From positions 448,001 to 512,000 of the forward strand of contig CAXXTH010000017.1 in NCBI GenBank assembly GCA_963668025.2: a DNA stretch of 64,000 nt, read 5' to 3'. The position numbers and the translations under genes were made by a program. The notes under the pieces are model-generated. The model was not told the DNA's origin and searched no databases. It saw only the letters and a program-made list of their open reading frames with translations. Below, piece after piece: positions 40,219 to 49,841 of this stretch. The stretch comes from Candidatus Hydrogenedentota bacterium. Lineage in GTDB: Bacteria > Hydrogenedentota > Hydrogenedentia > Hydrogenedentales > SLHB01. Positions within the stretch are counted from its first letter, which is position 1. The number at the start of each line of letters is the position of its first letter.

Positions 40219-40899
40219 ATGTGGCTGGCTATAATCGGAGATATACATGGAAATTTGCCGGCCCTGGAGGCTGCCGTACAATATATTGACAGCCGGGGAA
40301 TTCAAAACATTATTTGCACGGGGAATCTCGTTGGCAGGGAGCCTTTCACGGATAGTGTCATTCAGTTAGTTGGCGCGTACCGCATCGAGAGCGTGCAGGG
40401 GGAATACGATAAATGCGTAGCCAATTATAAACGGAAATACGATTCTCTCCAGCGCCATTTTAGCCCTGAAGAGTTGGAAATCATGCGCTGCGCGTATCGA
40501 AACACGCGCAGTGAGAACATCGAATACTTGCGCAATTTGAATAAGCGCCTCGTCACCTCAATTGAGGGGCTAAGCATTTGTGTGTGCCATGGCTGCCCTT
40601 CAAGCCCCGCCGAACCGTTGCACGAAGAGGATGCCGAGCATATTTTCCGGCGGCAGCGGGAATATGCGAATGTCCATATCATCGCCTGCGGCAAACCAGC
40701 CAAACCTTGGAGCCGCATGGTCGATACGACCTTATTCATCAATCCCGGCAGCATTGGCATTCCATCCGGCAAAGAGCCTGAAGCCACTTTCGCCATCATT
40801 AACACCGAGGCGCATCCTTGGGTGGTGGATTTCGAGCATATACCCTATTGCCGCCAACGCATTTCTGAAGAGCGCAAACGGCTGAAATGGGGCACATGA
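40219..40899 (+). CDS. Calcineurin-like metallophosphoesterase (YfcE-like), degenerate active site
   Basis: GDIHGN, CHG, INPGS retained; GD to GN, GNHD to GEYD, GHTH to GKPA. Confidence 0.8.
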   Translation: MWLAIIGDIHGNLPALEAAVQYIDSRGIQNIICTGNLVGREPFTDSVIQLVGAYRIESVQGEYDKCVANYKRKYDSLQRHFSPEELEIMRCAYRNTRSENIEYLRNLNKRLVTSIEGLSICVCHGCPSSPAEPLHEEDAEHIFRRQREYANVHIIACGKPAKPWSRMVDTTLFINPGSIGIPSGKEPEATFAIINTEAHPWVVDFEHIPYCRQRISEERKRLKWGT

Positions 40900-41120
40900 C
40901 CGTTGCTGTATGGCGTCTTCTGTTTTTGGGCCTATAGTTACGTCAAATTATGATTAAGTTGGGGTGCAGCTCTGGCATTACCGCTCCATTCGCCTTGCCG
41001 AGGGATAGCCGCAATTTATTTGGAGCCGTTCTTGAGCGCGCGTATGAACCAAAATACATGGTGGATTTGCCCCACCGACTAATAGCCTTTGTTGTATAAA
41101 ACCCTGTAAACTACCTTATT

Positions 41121-41366
41121 GTCATTCCCGCGAAAGCGGGAACCCAGTGCAAATTCTCTGGATCCCCGCGTTCGCGGTCTTCCAAAAACTCCACACGAGC
41201 GAGTTTATACCGCCTTGGCGTCGAAATTGCACATTCAAGCGAGAACCGCACGCCCAAAGCGGTAGCTTGCTACCGCTTTCTTGTTCTCTTTTACATCCTT
41301 TTGCCGCTATTTTCATGCTCGGGCTTGCCAGCTCCTTTTTTGGAAATCCCCGTTCGCGGGGATGAC
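41121..41366. repeat. GTCATTCCCGCGAAAGCGGGAA-type palindromic repeat, interrupted by MITE C
   Basis: GTCATTCCCGCGAAAGCGGGAACCCAG...CTGGATCCCCGCGTTCGCGG[insert]GGATGAC. Confidence 0.8.
41178..41350. mobile_element. MITE family C
   Basis: TTCCAAAAA...TTTTTGGAAATCCC; 9-bp TSD CGTTCGCGG at 41169-41177 and 41351-41359. Confidence 0.85.
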
Positions 41367-41505
41367 AGGTAGGTGGTTTTACGTTATTTCTTCAATACGT
41401 ACACATGATATATTCTTCCGGGAGCGGTAATAACAGAGCTGCACCCTTAAATTGAAAGTCGTTGTGTCGGCAAATTGGAACTTCTGAAGAGGTTACACGG
41501 AGGCG

Positions 41506-41973
41506 GTGGCCATGTATGTTATCGCGGCGGCAGCCCCTTTTATGGGCTTTGTCGTGAGCTGGGGACTCACGATCGGTGTCCTAGTTGCGGGTATTGTGCT
41601 GCTCAGGCGAGTTTTTAATCATAAGCGACTGAAGGTCAAAAAGGGCGCTTCTTGGCATATAGGGTTTTGGTATGTCTTGGCGGCGCTTTTCCCGCCGCTC
41701 TTTGTTGGCCTACTCGTGTATGATTTATCGCGCATCTCTGGGCGCAATTCAAGGTCCGCAGGTTGTGTGGCTGCAGCACTATGTGCAATGGGTGTGTGGT
41801 TCTATATCATGGATTCTCTGGCTTTCCTGAAACTGAAGATGAGACTAGGGGAACCGTGTAATGGATGTGATTACGTTGGATTTGCGATAACCTTACTGGA
41901 GCCGCTTATCGTAGTGAGCGTAGCGCTAATAACCTTGGCAATAGAGAAGCGACAGAGGAAAGATGACGGTTGA
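41506..41973 (+). CDS. Hypothetical four-TM membrane protein
   Basis: GGAGG RBS, four hydrophobic segments, atypical codon use. Confidence 0.6.
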   Translation: MAMYVIAAAAPFMGFVVSWGLTIGVLVAGIVLLRRVFNHKRLKVKKGASWHIGFWYVLAALFPPLFVGLLVYDLSRISGRNSRSAGCVAAALCAMGVWFYIMDSLAFLKLKMRLGEPCNGCDYVGFAITLLEPLIVVSVALITLAIEKRQRKDDG

Positions 41974-42208
41974 AGTAGATGCCCCGTGGGCTTGGACCGA
42001 TGCAAGCCCCGGTCCTACACCGTCTGCATCCTATCAAGGGCAGCACCCATTATATATCGCATTGCACCGGCAGTGATACGCTCTATTTCATAACAATCGC
42101 CCTCGCCGGTTATTCATCGCATTGGCCTGGCTATTACGAGTTTATCGGAGCAAGCGCCGCCTAAACCCCATCTTGATGAACCCCTATGCGGTATAATTAC
42201 ACCAGAGC

Positions 42209-42236
42209 TAAAGAATTGCGCCGCTAATGCCGATAT
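42209..42236 (+). promoter_or_regulatory. Sigma28 (FliA/SigD) promoter for fliD
   Basis: TAAA-N16-GCCGATAT upstream of fliD. Confidence 0.7.
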
Positions 42237-42464
42237 ATCGATTAGCGCGATAGGCTGGGCGGCGGCAAAAAGGCTATATGGCGCACAAAGGCCGCAGGCA
42301 TTATGATAATTTAGAATAGACGCGGCATCTTAGGTGTTTGGCCTATATAGAGTTAGCCAGTCCGCGAATGAAAAATCCCCTATCTGGGGAACGGTTCACG
42401 CAACCACGTGATGGCATAAGTTTGCTGGGCTGATGCTTGGCGCGAAGGCACAGGAGGTTTGGAC

Positions 42465-44210
42465 ATGTCCGGTTCGATTTCGTCAAGCGGCCTTATCAGC
42501 GGTATGGATTGGGAAACATTGATTTCCCAGCTTATGTCCATCGAGCGCCAGCCGGAAACGCGGCTGCAAGCGAAAATCACCGCGCTCGAGACAGAACAAA
42601 CGGCCCTCCAAAGCCTGCGCACTTCTCTCACCAGTTTGCGTGACATCGCCCAAGATTTCCGGCTGACTAGCCAATTCGAAGAATACGCCACGACAACTAG
42701 CGATGAAGATGTGGCTACGGCGGAAGTGACCGGCTCCGCTCCTGCGACGGGTTCCTATTCGATAGAAGTGATTCGTATGGCGACGGCTTCGGTGGCGAAG
42801 AGTAGCAACTCGATCAGTTCCTCGATCAATCTAGATGCAGCGCTCAACAGCAGCGGAAGCATCACTGCCTCCATTTCCGAAGGCGTCTTCACGATTAATG
42901 GCCAGGAATTCACGATTTCCGAAGGCCAAAGCCTAAATGACGTGTTAAGCGCCATTAACTCCAATGCCTCCGTCAATGTGACGGCCACGTATAATGCTGA
43001 TTCGGATAGGATCGTCTTCACGAACCGGACCGCGGGTGACACGAGCGTCGTTGTTTTCGGCGGAGCCGATGACGAAAGCAACTTCTTATCCGCGATAGGC
43101 GTCACTACCGCCACGCAAGGCGATAATAGTGCTGGCACGACGCAGGTGACGGGCACCAAGAACCTTGGAGCGGTGGACACGCTGGATTCGCTGTCTGGGG
43201 TTAACTTCGTTAATGGCGCGGTTACATCGGGCTCATTTTACATAAACGGCGTCGCCATCACCATTGACGCCTCCACGGATAGCATGTCCGACGTGATCCA
43301 GCAGATAAATGAATCCGACGCAGGAGTCACCGCAAGTTACGATTCCTCCACGGATGGCATTCGGGTCGTTTCTGACACGTTGGGAAGCCGTACGGTTAGC
43401 TTTGCCAGCGGCTCGAGCAATTTTCTCGATATCGTAAATCTGGGGGCAATCGGCTCGACCAATGCCGCCACGCAAACCGCTGGACAGGATTCCCAAATTT
43501 CGGTCAACGGCGGCGATACGATCACCAGCAATAGCAATGAAGTGACAGACGCCATTAGCGGTGTGACTGTAGACTTGATCAGCATCGGCACAACCACAGT
43601 GACGATCTCGGCGGACCAAGATGCGATTGTTGAGAATGTGCAAAACTTTATTACGGAAGTCAATACCATTTTCTCCTCGCTTGACGAGCTGACGGGAGAA
43701 GATGGCGACCTGGAAAACGACTCCTCGATCAAAGCCATCAAGAGCCAGCTCCAGTCCATCTTGCTCAGCGCCGTGGGCGGATTATCCGAAAACTACAATA
43801 GCCTCATCAGCATAGGCCTAAGCACCGGCGACTCATTTGACGCCGAATCCACGATTCAATACGAACTCGACACGGACGCCTTTGCGGACGCCCTTAGCGA
43901 GCACGCTTCCACGATTGCATCGCTCTTTTCCAATGATGACGACACGGGCATCGCCAATTTGATCGAAGACTACCTCACCAGCATCGCTGACACCGATGGA
44001 TTTATCTACCAGCGCGCGAAGAGCAACGGAACCATCGATACGCAAATCGAGCGGTATAATGATCAGATTGACGCCATCGAAGAGCGTGTTTCCATGAAAG
44101 AAACACGGCTTCGGACGCAATTCACGAAAATGGAGCAAGTTCTAGCGACCTACCAAACGCAAAGCTCATCGCTTTCGTCCATCAGTTCGTCGCTTTCATC
44201 GTTAATATAA
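42465..44210 (+). CDS. fliD: Flagellar filament capping protein FliD
   Basis: SGLISGMDWETLISQLMSIERQP N-terminus; LRTQFTKMEQ C-terminus; next to fliS. Confidence 0.92.
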   Translation: MSGSISSSGLISGMDWETLISQLMSIERQPETRLQAKITALETEQTALQSLRTSLTSLRDIAQDFRLTSQFEEYATTTSDEDVATAEVTGSAPATGSYSIEVIRMATASVAKSSNSISSSINLDAALNSSGSITASISEGVFTINGQEFTISEGQSLNDVLSAINSNASVNVTATYNADSDRIVFTNRTAGDTSVVVFGGADDESNFLSAIGVTTATQGDNSAGTTQVTGTKNLGAVDTLDSLSGVNFVNGAVTSGSFYINGVAITIDASTDSMSDVIQQINESDAGVTASYDSSTDGIRVVSDTLGSRTVSFASGSSNFLDIVNLGAIGSTNAATQTAGQDSQISVNGGDTITSNSNEVTDAISGVTVDLISIGTTTVTISADQDAIVENVQNFITEVNTIFSSLDELTGEDGDLENDSSIKAIKSQLQSILLSAVGGLSENYNSLISIGLSTGDSFDAESTIQYELDTDAFADALSEHASTIASLFSNDDDTGIANLIEDYLTSIADTDGFIYQRAKSNGTIDTQIERYNDQIDAIEERVSMKETRLRTQFTKMEQVLATYQTQSSSLSSISSSLSSLI

Positions 44211-44243
44211 TGCAGAATTCTCATGCGATAAAGGAGTGCGGCC

Positions 44244-44687
44244 ATGGCGTTCAATAGTTATGGGGCATATAAAAAGGTCAATGTGGAGACCGCTTCGCAG
44301 GGAAAGCTGGTGGTGTTGTTGTTCAACGGCGCCATTCAGCGCGCATCCCAAGCGAAAGCGAAGATCCAATCTGGCCGCCTGCCGGACGCCCACAACGACC
44401 TGATCCGCGCGCAAGATATCATTAATGAACTGCGCAAATCCCTAGATCTGAAAACGGGGCCGCTTGCCTGCCAGATTGACCGCATCTATGAATACTTCCA
44501 TCATTTGCTGGTCCAGGCGAATCTGCATAAAGACACGTCCTATATTGATGAATGCGTCGCGCTCCTCTCGGATATGCGCGATACCTGGCAAGAAGCTTTT
44601 GGCATTTATGAAAGCGAGCAGGCTTCGTTAAGCCCCGCGCCTATCGCTAGTTTCAATGGCTCGATGGCCGTAAATATAAAAGGCTGA
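44244..44687 (+). CDS. fliS: Flagellar export chaperone FliS
   Basis: VETASQGKLVVLLFNGAI, AQDIINELRKSLD, IYEY. Confidence 0.93.
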   Translation: MAFNSYGAYKKVNVETASQGKLVVLLFNGAIQRASQAKAKIQSGRLPDAHNDLIRAQDIINELRKSLDLKTGPLACQIDRIYEYFHHLLVQANLHKDTSYIDECVALLSDMRDTWQEAFGIYESEQASLSPAPIASFNGSMAVNIKG

Positions 44688-44746
44688 CCCGATGCATCGG
44701 CGCGCCCCACAATCATGGCGGATAAGACACAAACCATGGGGCGCAT

Positions 44747-45256
44747 ATGCATACGAATGAAACAATCCCTCCAGCGGCATTCACCATCTGCCTAGCTTGT
44801 TCCCATGGCGGCCATCTCAATGAAATGCTGGCCCTGCGTGAAGCATTCGAAGGGCATGATACCTTTTATTTCTGTTATGACGCCGATACGACGCGCCGGC
44901 TGCCTCGGGCGTATCTCGTGCCGAACATGGCGGCGAATCCCATCGAATTGCTGAAGAATCTGGTGCGGGTGTTTCGCATATTCCGCCGGGAACGGCCTGG
45001 ATTGGCCATATCCACAGGTGCGGAGATCGCCCTTCCCGTCTTGGCAATCAGCAAGGCGTATCGCATCCCTTTCTTTTATATCGAATGCGGCGCTCAGGCG
45101 CTTCACCCTTCGTTCACGGGACGGATCATGTATTGGCTTGCAGACCGGTTCTATGTCCAATGGCCGGAGCTGCAAGCCGTTTACGGTTCCCGGGCGTTAT
45201 ACCGGGGTAGTTTGATTGATGAAGCGCCGCAACCGTCTTTTCCTGTTTCGGGATAA
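44747..45256 (+). CDS. Alg14/PssD/CpsF family polysaccharide biosynthesis protein
   Basis: CSHGGHL, ISTGA, YIE, FYVQWP. Confidence 0.9.
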   Translation: MHTNETIPPAAFTICLACSHGGHLNEMLALREAFEGHDTFYFCYDADTTRRLPRAYLVPNMAANPIELLKNLVRVFRIFRRERPGLAISTGAEIALPVLAISKAYRIPFFYIECGAQALHPSFTGRIMYWLADRFYVQWPELQAVYGSRALYRGSLIDEAPQPSFPVSG

Positions 45257-45274
45257 CACCGCCCCCTGGGCAGG

Positions 45275-45877
45275 TCAGAAGGCGTTCGTTATCACCACTT
45301 CATCCAAAGGAAGCTGTCCCGGGCGGGGCCAGGCCTCTTTGACGCCTTTTCCGATGGCCACGAACATGGCGATTACATGGTCGTGAGGCAGGTTAATGAG
45401 CTTGCCCACGGCATCGAAATCGAATCCGTCCATGGGGCAGGAATCATAACCCATGTCTTTGGCGGCGAGCATAAGGGTCTGGGCGGCGATGCCGCACGAA
45501 CGCATGGCTTCGTCATGCTGCACTTGCTCGCGCCCGTTATAATAATTGTGTATCGCGGGCAAGAGATATTCCTTGACGGGCTGGGGCGCATTTTGCCAAT
45601 ACCGCTGAGGTTCTTTTTCCCAAGATTTCGTGTCCGCGCACAGAATAATCAGAAGCGAGGCCTCGGTTACTTGCGCTTGATCCCACGCGGCTACACGGAC
45701 GCGCTTGCGCAACTCCGGATCTCGAACCAGCACAAAACGCCAATTCTGGATGTTGTACGCCGTCGGCGCGAGAAGCGCCAGCGACATGAGTTGCTTAATT
45801 TCGTCCTCGGTCATTTGATGATTCGGGTCAAAGTGCTTGATGGCGCGCCGCGATTCAATGGCCTGTCTCGTTTCCAT
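45275..45877 (-). CDS. Nitroreductase family protein
   Basis: SRRAIKHF, APTAYNIQNWRF, GYDSCPMDGFD. Confidence 0.93.
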   Translation of the reverse strand: METRQAIESRRAIKHFDPNHQMTEDEIKQLMSLALLAPTAYNIQNWRFVLVRDPELRKRVRVAAWDQAQVTEASLLIILCADTKSWEKEPQRYWQNAPQPVKEYLLPAIHNYYNGREQVQHDEAMRSCGIAAQTLMLAAKDMGYDSCPMDGFDFDAVGKLINLPHDHVIAMFVAIGKGVKEAWPRPGQLPLDEVVITNAF

Positions 45878-45973
45878 GTGTATGAACTCCTCCTATGGTT
45901 TCCCTTACTGCTCCCCTAAAAACCGGTTTTACAACCTGCCTGTTTAAGGGTACATACCAGTGAGTGAACACAT

Positions 45974-47890
45974 TTAACTGCCAGAATCTTTCACCCGAAA
46001 TAAAATGGCTTTGCCCTCCTGGGCTATTATTTCGAGTTCCGGCATGCCACGCAAGGCCTCTACCGTTGCAGAATCCAAGGCGGGAAAATGCGGGCAATAG
46101 ACATACTGGACGCCCCAGCGGCGCAATAAGGCGGAACGCTGGGCGGTATCGGTATTGGGAGCATAAAAGGTATTGACTTCCTCCCGCCGCTCGGCATACC
46201 GGGCGTAGGAGATCACCGTGGTTCCGACGCCATACACCGCGCGGACGCCTGGCCGGAGTGCGGCGAAATCCGCGAACGTGGGGAGCGAAGCGGGGGCAAG
46301 AAAAACGCCCGGCTCCACCAGGGCCAGGCAATGGGCGTCCTCGATGCTGATCACGGAATAATGGGTGTGGGCGGTTTTGCCGGGGCCAATCCCGAGCGGG
46401 CCTTGATAAAACAACGCCCCTGCCGCTATCGAGCAGAGCCCACAAGCGATCATGGCGGTTTGCAGGCCGGTGGAAATCCGAGGCATGTGCGGGCCGATGG
46501 TTTCGAGGGCGCGGGCGGATAAGATGGAAAGGGGCAGCCCGAGTAGGAGCATGGTGCGCTGGGGGGCTTGATGGGCGAATACGCCACCCCCCCATGCGGA
46601 CAGGCCCACGGCCAGGAAACACAGCACCCATAACACGACCCACGCCTCCGGAGCAGGCTGCGCCTGTTTGCGCTTGCGCAGGCTAAGCCCGCCAACAAGA
46701 AGCCCCGCGAACCCGCCCGCTAAAGCATAGTCCGAAATATGCACCGCAACGAATTGATCGCGAAACGCGAATATCGAACCATAATAGAGCCGATGCCCCA
46801 CAAAGAGCAGCACATAGGCCATGAGATATCCAATGCCCGCCCAGGCCAATAGCCAAGCCGCACCGGGCATGCCGCGCATATTGCGGCCGATGGCGATAGG
46901 CGCAAGCATACAATGAAAAAAAGCGGCGCTGATAAAGGCGGTCAGCCATATTACGGAGTACATGACGGGATTGGCGTTGATTGGCATGTAGTTCGGCTGC
47001 AACTGCATGAGCCAATAGCCCGCCAGCGCCGCAATCACCATGGGCGCGCCAAACGCCATGCCCGCCCCTATCCGGAAACGCAAAGGCAGGTTTGTTTTAC
47101 ATAGCAGGAATGCGCCCATGATGGCCATCATGAGCGGCCCGAGCCGCATATTGAGCAGCACGCCCAAAAACGCCAATAGGGACGCCCCCAGCCAGGCGCG
47201 GGTTCTCGAGGCCCGCAGGCCCCAAGCCCACCACGTGAATGCGCCCAGGCAAAACGCCAGAGGCACTGTATAGTACAAGCGCAAGGCGTGGCGGACGGGC
47301 ATGAGCTGTGCCCCTTCATATAATTCGTGCAACGAGAAACGCAGCAAGGCGTCGCCATACGCGGGCTCGGCATCCCAGCCGCCCGCCCGCAACACAAAAT
47401 AGCCTGCGCCGCCTAATCCTCCTGCAAGGCAGAAGAGGATAAATGCGCGCGGTGCAAGCCGGGGTGATACTTCGCGCAAAAACAGCCATGCCGCCAGTAA
47501 ATAAGCGGCCATGGCCGCGCCGTTGGCGCAATCGAGCCATGCGAGCGGGCTGATGGGAAACAGCCGGCCCAATTCCCCCACCACGCCATACAGCCAATAA
47601 AACGGGGTGCTGAACCAGCGGATATCGCAAGCAGGCTCCCCATCGGAAGGCAGCACGTACGGGATATAGAAACCGGTTTCGAACATGCGCATGTAATGAT
47701 AAAAGACGATATCATCGCAGGTGCGCACACCCGTGGCCGCCATGCCGGACGGCGGGAAACAACTGATCCAGGCATGCGATATGGGTTCGATGCTGGCCAG
47801 AACGAACACCAAGGCCAGCACCCATTTGGGGAAACGGGGGCGTTTCGCGCGCGGCGGAGATTCTTCGATAACAAGCTCCACGGAATTCAT
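45974..47890 (-). CDS. Multi-TM membrane protein, probable GT-C fold
   Basis: DD after TM1, many TMs, C-terminal WGVQYV domain. Confidence 0.6.
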   Translation of the reverse strand: MNSVELVIEESPPRAKRPRFPKWVLALVFVLASIEPISHAWISCFPPSGMAATGVRTCDDIVFYHYMRMFETGFYIPYVLPSDGEPACDIRWFSTPFYWLYGVVGELGRLFPISPLAWLDCANGAAMAAYLLAAWLFLREVSPRLAPRAFILFCLAGGLGGAGYFVLRAGGWDAEPAYGDALLRFSLHELYEGAQLMPVRHALRLYYTVPLAFCLGAFTWWAWGLRASRTRAWLGASLLAFLGVLLNMRLGPLMMAIMGAFLLCKTNLPLRFRIGAGMAFGAPMVIAALAGYWLMQLQPNYMPINANPVMYSVIWLTAFISAAFFHCMLAPIAIGRNMRGMPGAAWLLAWAGIGYLMAYVLLFVGHRLYYGSIFAFRDQFVAVHISDYALAGGFAGLLVGGLSLRKRKQAQPAPEAWVVLWVLCFLAVGLSAWGGGVFAHQAPQRTMLLLGLPLSILSARALETIGPHMPRISTGLQTAMIACGLCSIAAGALFYQGPLGIGPGKTAHTHYSVISIEDAHCLALVEPGVFLAPASLPTFADFAALRPGVRAVYGVGTTVISYARYAERREEVNTFYAPNTDTAQRSALLRRWGVQYVYCPHFPALDSATVEALRGMPELEIIAQEGKAILFRVKDSGS

Positions 47891-47973
47891 GCGGCTGCTT
47901 CCGCCATAATTAAGCTAGGTTATTCGCATCAGTAAGAGAAACGGCCTCAAAAGGCGCACGAGGCACAAAATGA

Positions 47974-48252
47974 GTAACACTTTAGCGGACTGAAGCAAGA
48001 TCTGCTTTTTTTAGACATGATTAACAAGATTAACAAGATTGGACAAGATCACCAGGATTATTTACAGATTTGAAAATTAATCTATGAAGCGTCCGGGCGC
48101 GTTCTTTTATGTAGTAAATTGCCATTAAAAAAATCTTGTCTCATCATGTAAATCATGTCTAAAAATAAACGCCTCCATCATAGGCGGTTTATTATGTATT
48201 CTCAGTTCAAAAACCGTCCCGATGCTTTTACTTCTGTCTGCTAAAGTGTTAC
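47974..48252. mobile_element. MITE family A with alternative cargo
   Basis: GTAACACTTTAGC / GCTAAAGTGTTAC perfect 13-bp TIR; 8-bp TSD CAAAATGA at 47966-47973 and 48253-48260. Confidence 0.88.
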
Positions 48253-48326
48253 CAAAATGAATATCATTTCATTGCGCGTTCTTGCGCCTTCTGGGGCCAA
48301 TCACCATTCTATTCAAACGGGAAGTA

Positions 48327-49499
48327 TTACTTTGCTAAAGGCAATTGTTCCATTTGCTGGATAATCAGTTGGGCGAGCGGCGAATCAGGCTCGATATGGC
48401 AAATCTCCCGGAACACGCCTTCCACACCTTTTTCCTTGATCAACGCCTGCACGCGTTGCGCCGCTGGATCATCCGGATAATCAAAGCGGAGGGCCGCCGC
48501 CGCGCCCATCGCCACATGGACGGGCTGAATGCCTTGTTCGAGGCACATCAGGGCGGAACCAATAAGCCGGTCCTTCGGTCCTAATTTACGTATGGGGTCT
48601 TTCGAGATCCGCGCCACTTGGTCGCCCAACGCCTTATTTTGATACCGATGGATCAAGTCCCTGGCATGTTCTTGCAGCGCCGCGAGGTCCAGCCCATGCT
48701 TTGCGCTCATGCCGGCGCAAGTTTCTTCGAGCGCCGCCTCGGCGATGCCGCGCACCACGGGGTCTTGAATGGCTTGCCAGATGTACTCATGCCCGCGCAG
48801 GTAGCCTATATAAGACGCGACGGCGTGGCTCATATTATGTACAAAGAGCTTGCGCTCGACATACGCCCCGAACTTGTCCATGGGCTTCATGTTTTTAAGC
48901 TCGGGAATAGGCCCCTTGAAGCCATGCGCATCCACCGGAAGCTGGCAATACGGCTCCACGCAAACGAGGAGGATATCTTCGTTCTTTTCTTTTTCGGTCA
49001 TGATGGGCACCATGCGCCCGATGCTCGCTTCGACAAAGCCCACTTTCTCGTCCAATGCGGCATGAAATTTGGGGTCCAAATGCTTGCGCACTTCTTCCCG
49101 CAGATAGGGGCCCGCATCGATCATGTTCTCACACACGATGAAATTCAGCGGAGCCGCATCGGGATTTTCAAAACGCTTCGCTATGCCTGCGGCGAGCGTG
49201 GGGGCGATTCTCGGCAATATGGGCACGCCAACCGCCGTAGCGGCGAAATCGGCCTCGGCGATGGCTTGGGCCACAGCCGGAACGTTCATCGAGTTCAGCG
49301 CGGAAGCGTTGCCGATGGTGAGGGTATAGGCCTCCTCGCCCACGATGCGCAAGGGATACTCATGGCGCTCGTTGAGCGCCTTTATCGTTTCTTCCACGAC
49401 ATCGACAAAGGTGGTTTCATAGCCTGTCTCGAAGAAAAGCTGCCCTAGAAATCCGCGGCCGATATTGCCCGCACCGAATTGCACTGCCTTTTTACTCAC
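48327..49499 (-). CDS. mtlD: Mannitol-1-phosphate 5-dehydrogenase family protein
   Basis: AVQFGAGNIGRGF, TAVG, CEN, ERKLF, PIRKLGPKDRL. Confidence 0.88.
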   Translation of the reverse strand: MSKKAVQFGAGNIGRGFLGQLFFETGYETTFVDVVEETIKALNERHEYPLRIVGEEAYTLTIGNASALNSMNVPAVAQAIAEADFAATAVGVPILPRIAPTLAAGIAKRFENPDAAPLNFIVCENMIDAGPYLREEVRKHLDPKFHAALDEKVGFVEASIGRMVPIMTEKEKNEDILLVCVEPYCQLPVDAHGFKGPIPELKNMKPMDKFGAYVERKLFVHNMSHAVASYIGYLRGHEYIWQAIQDPVVRGIAEAALEETCAGMSAKHGLDLAALQEHARDLIHRYQNKALGDQVARISKDPIRKLGPKDRLIGSALMCLEQGIQPVHVAMGAAAALRFDYPDDPAAQRVQALIKEKGVEGVFREICHIEPDSPLAQLIIQQMEQLPLAK

Positions 49500-49708
49500 C
49501 GTACCGTTTCTCCTTCTTCGCATAAACGAACCGTGCCGTACAGGCCGGTTTCAACAAAAGGCCCTGGCGATGTGCTGGGCGCTCCAAAACATTTTTCTCC
49601 CTTGGACAGGTTTTATGAAAGCATAAGAATACCATGCTGATTGCCGGAATGAAATGATCGCGGCTTACATCCAGAATTACCGGGTAAGAAGAAAGAGATA
49701 TGCATTCG

Positions 49709-49758
49709 CGTGGCATGGCCGTCCCGGCCATGCACATGGGCGGGACGCCCATGCCACG
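49709..49758. repeat. REP-like doublet
   Basis: CGTGGCATGGCCGTCCCGGCCATG-CA-CATGGGCGGGACGCCCATGCCACG. Confidence 0.75.
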
Positions 49759-49841
49759 GGATCTCACCAAACATGAATAGATGGGGTGTTTGTATGCACA
49801 CGTTGTAAACATCCCATTTATTCGGTGTTCAGGGGCTTACA

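Larger units (their letters stand above)
40962..41446. mobile_element. MITE family D (26-bp TIR) hosting nested elements
   Basis: GGGTGCAGCTCTGGCATTACCGCTCC / GGAGCGGTAATAACAGAGCTGCACCC (2 mismatches); flanks TTAAGTTG / TTAAATTG. Confidence 0.8.

Noticed and set aside
42412-42426. Sigma54-like motif before fliD (TGGCATAAGTTTGCT)
   Set aside because: GG to GC spacing is one base too short
49775-49832. Long hairpin as an ncRNA or riboswitch
   Set aside because: It lies just past the HDOD stop codon, has no recognisable RNA family motif and is most simply a terminator or repeat remnant
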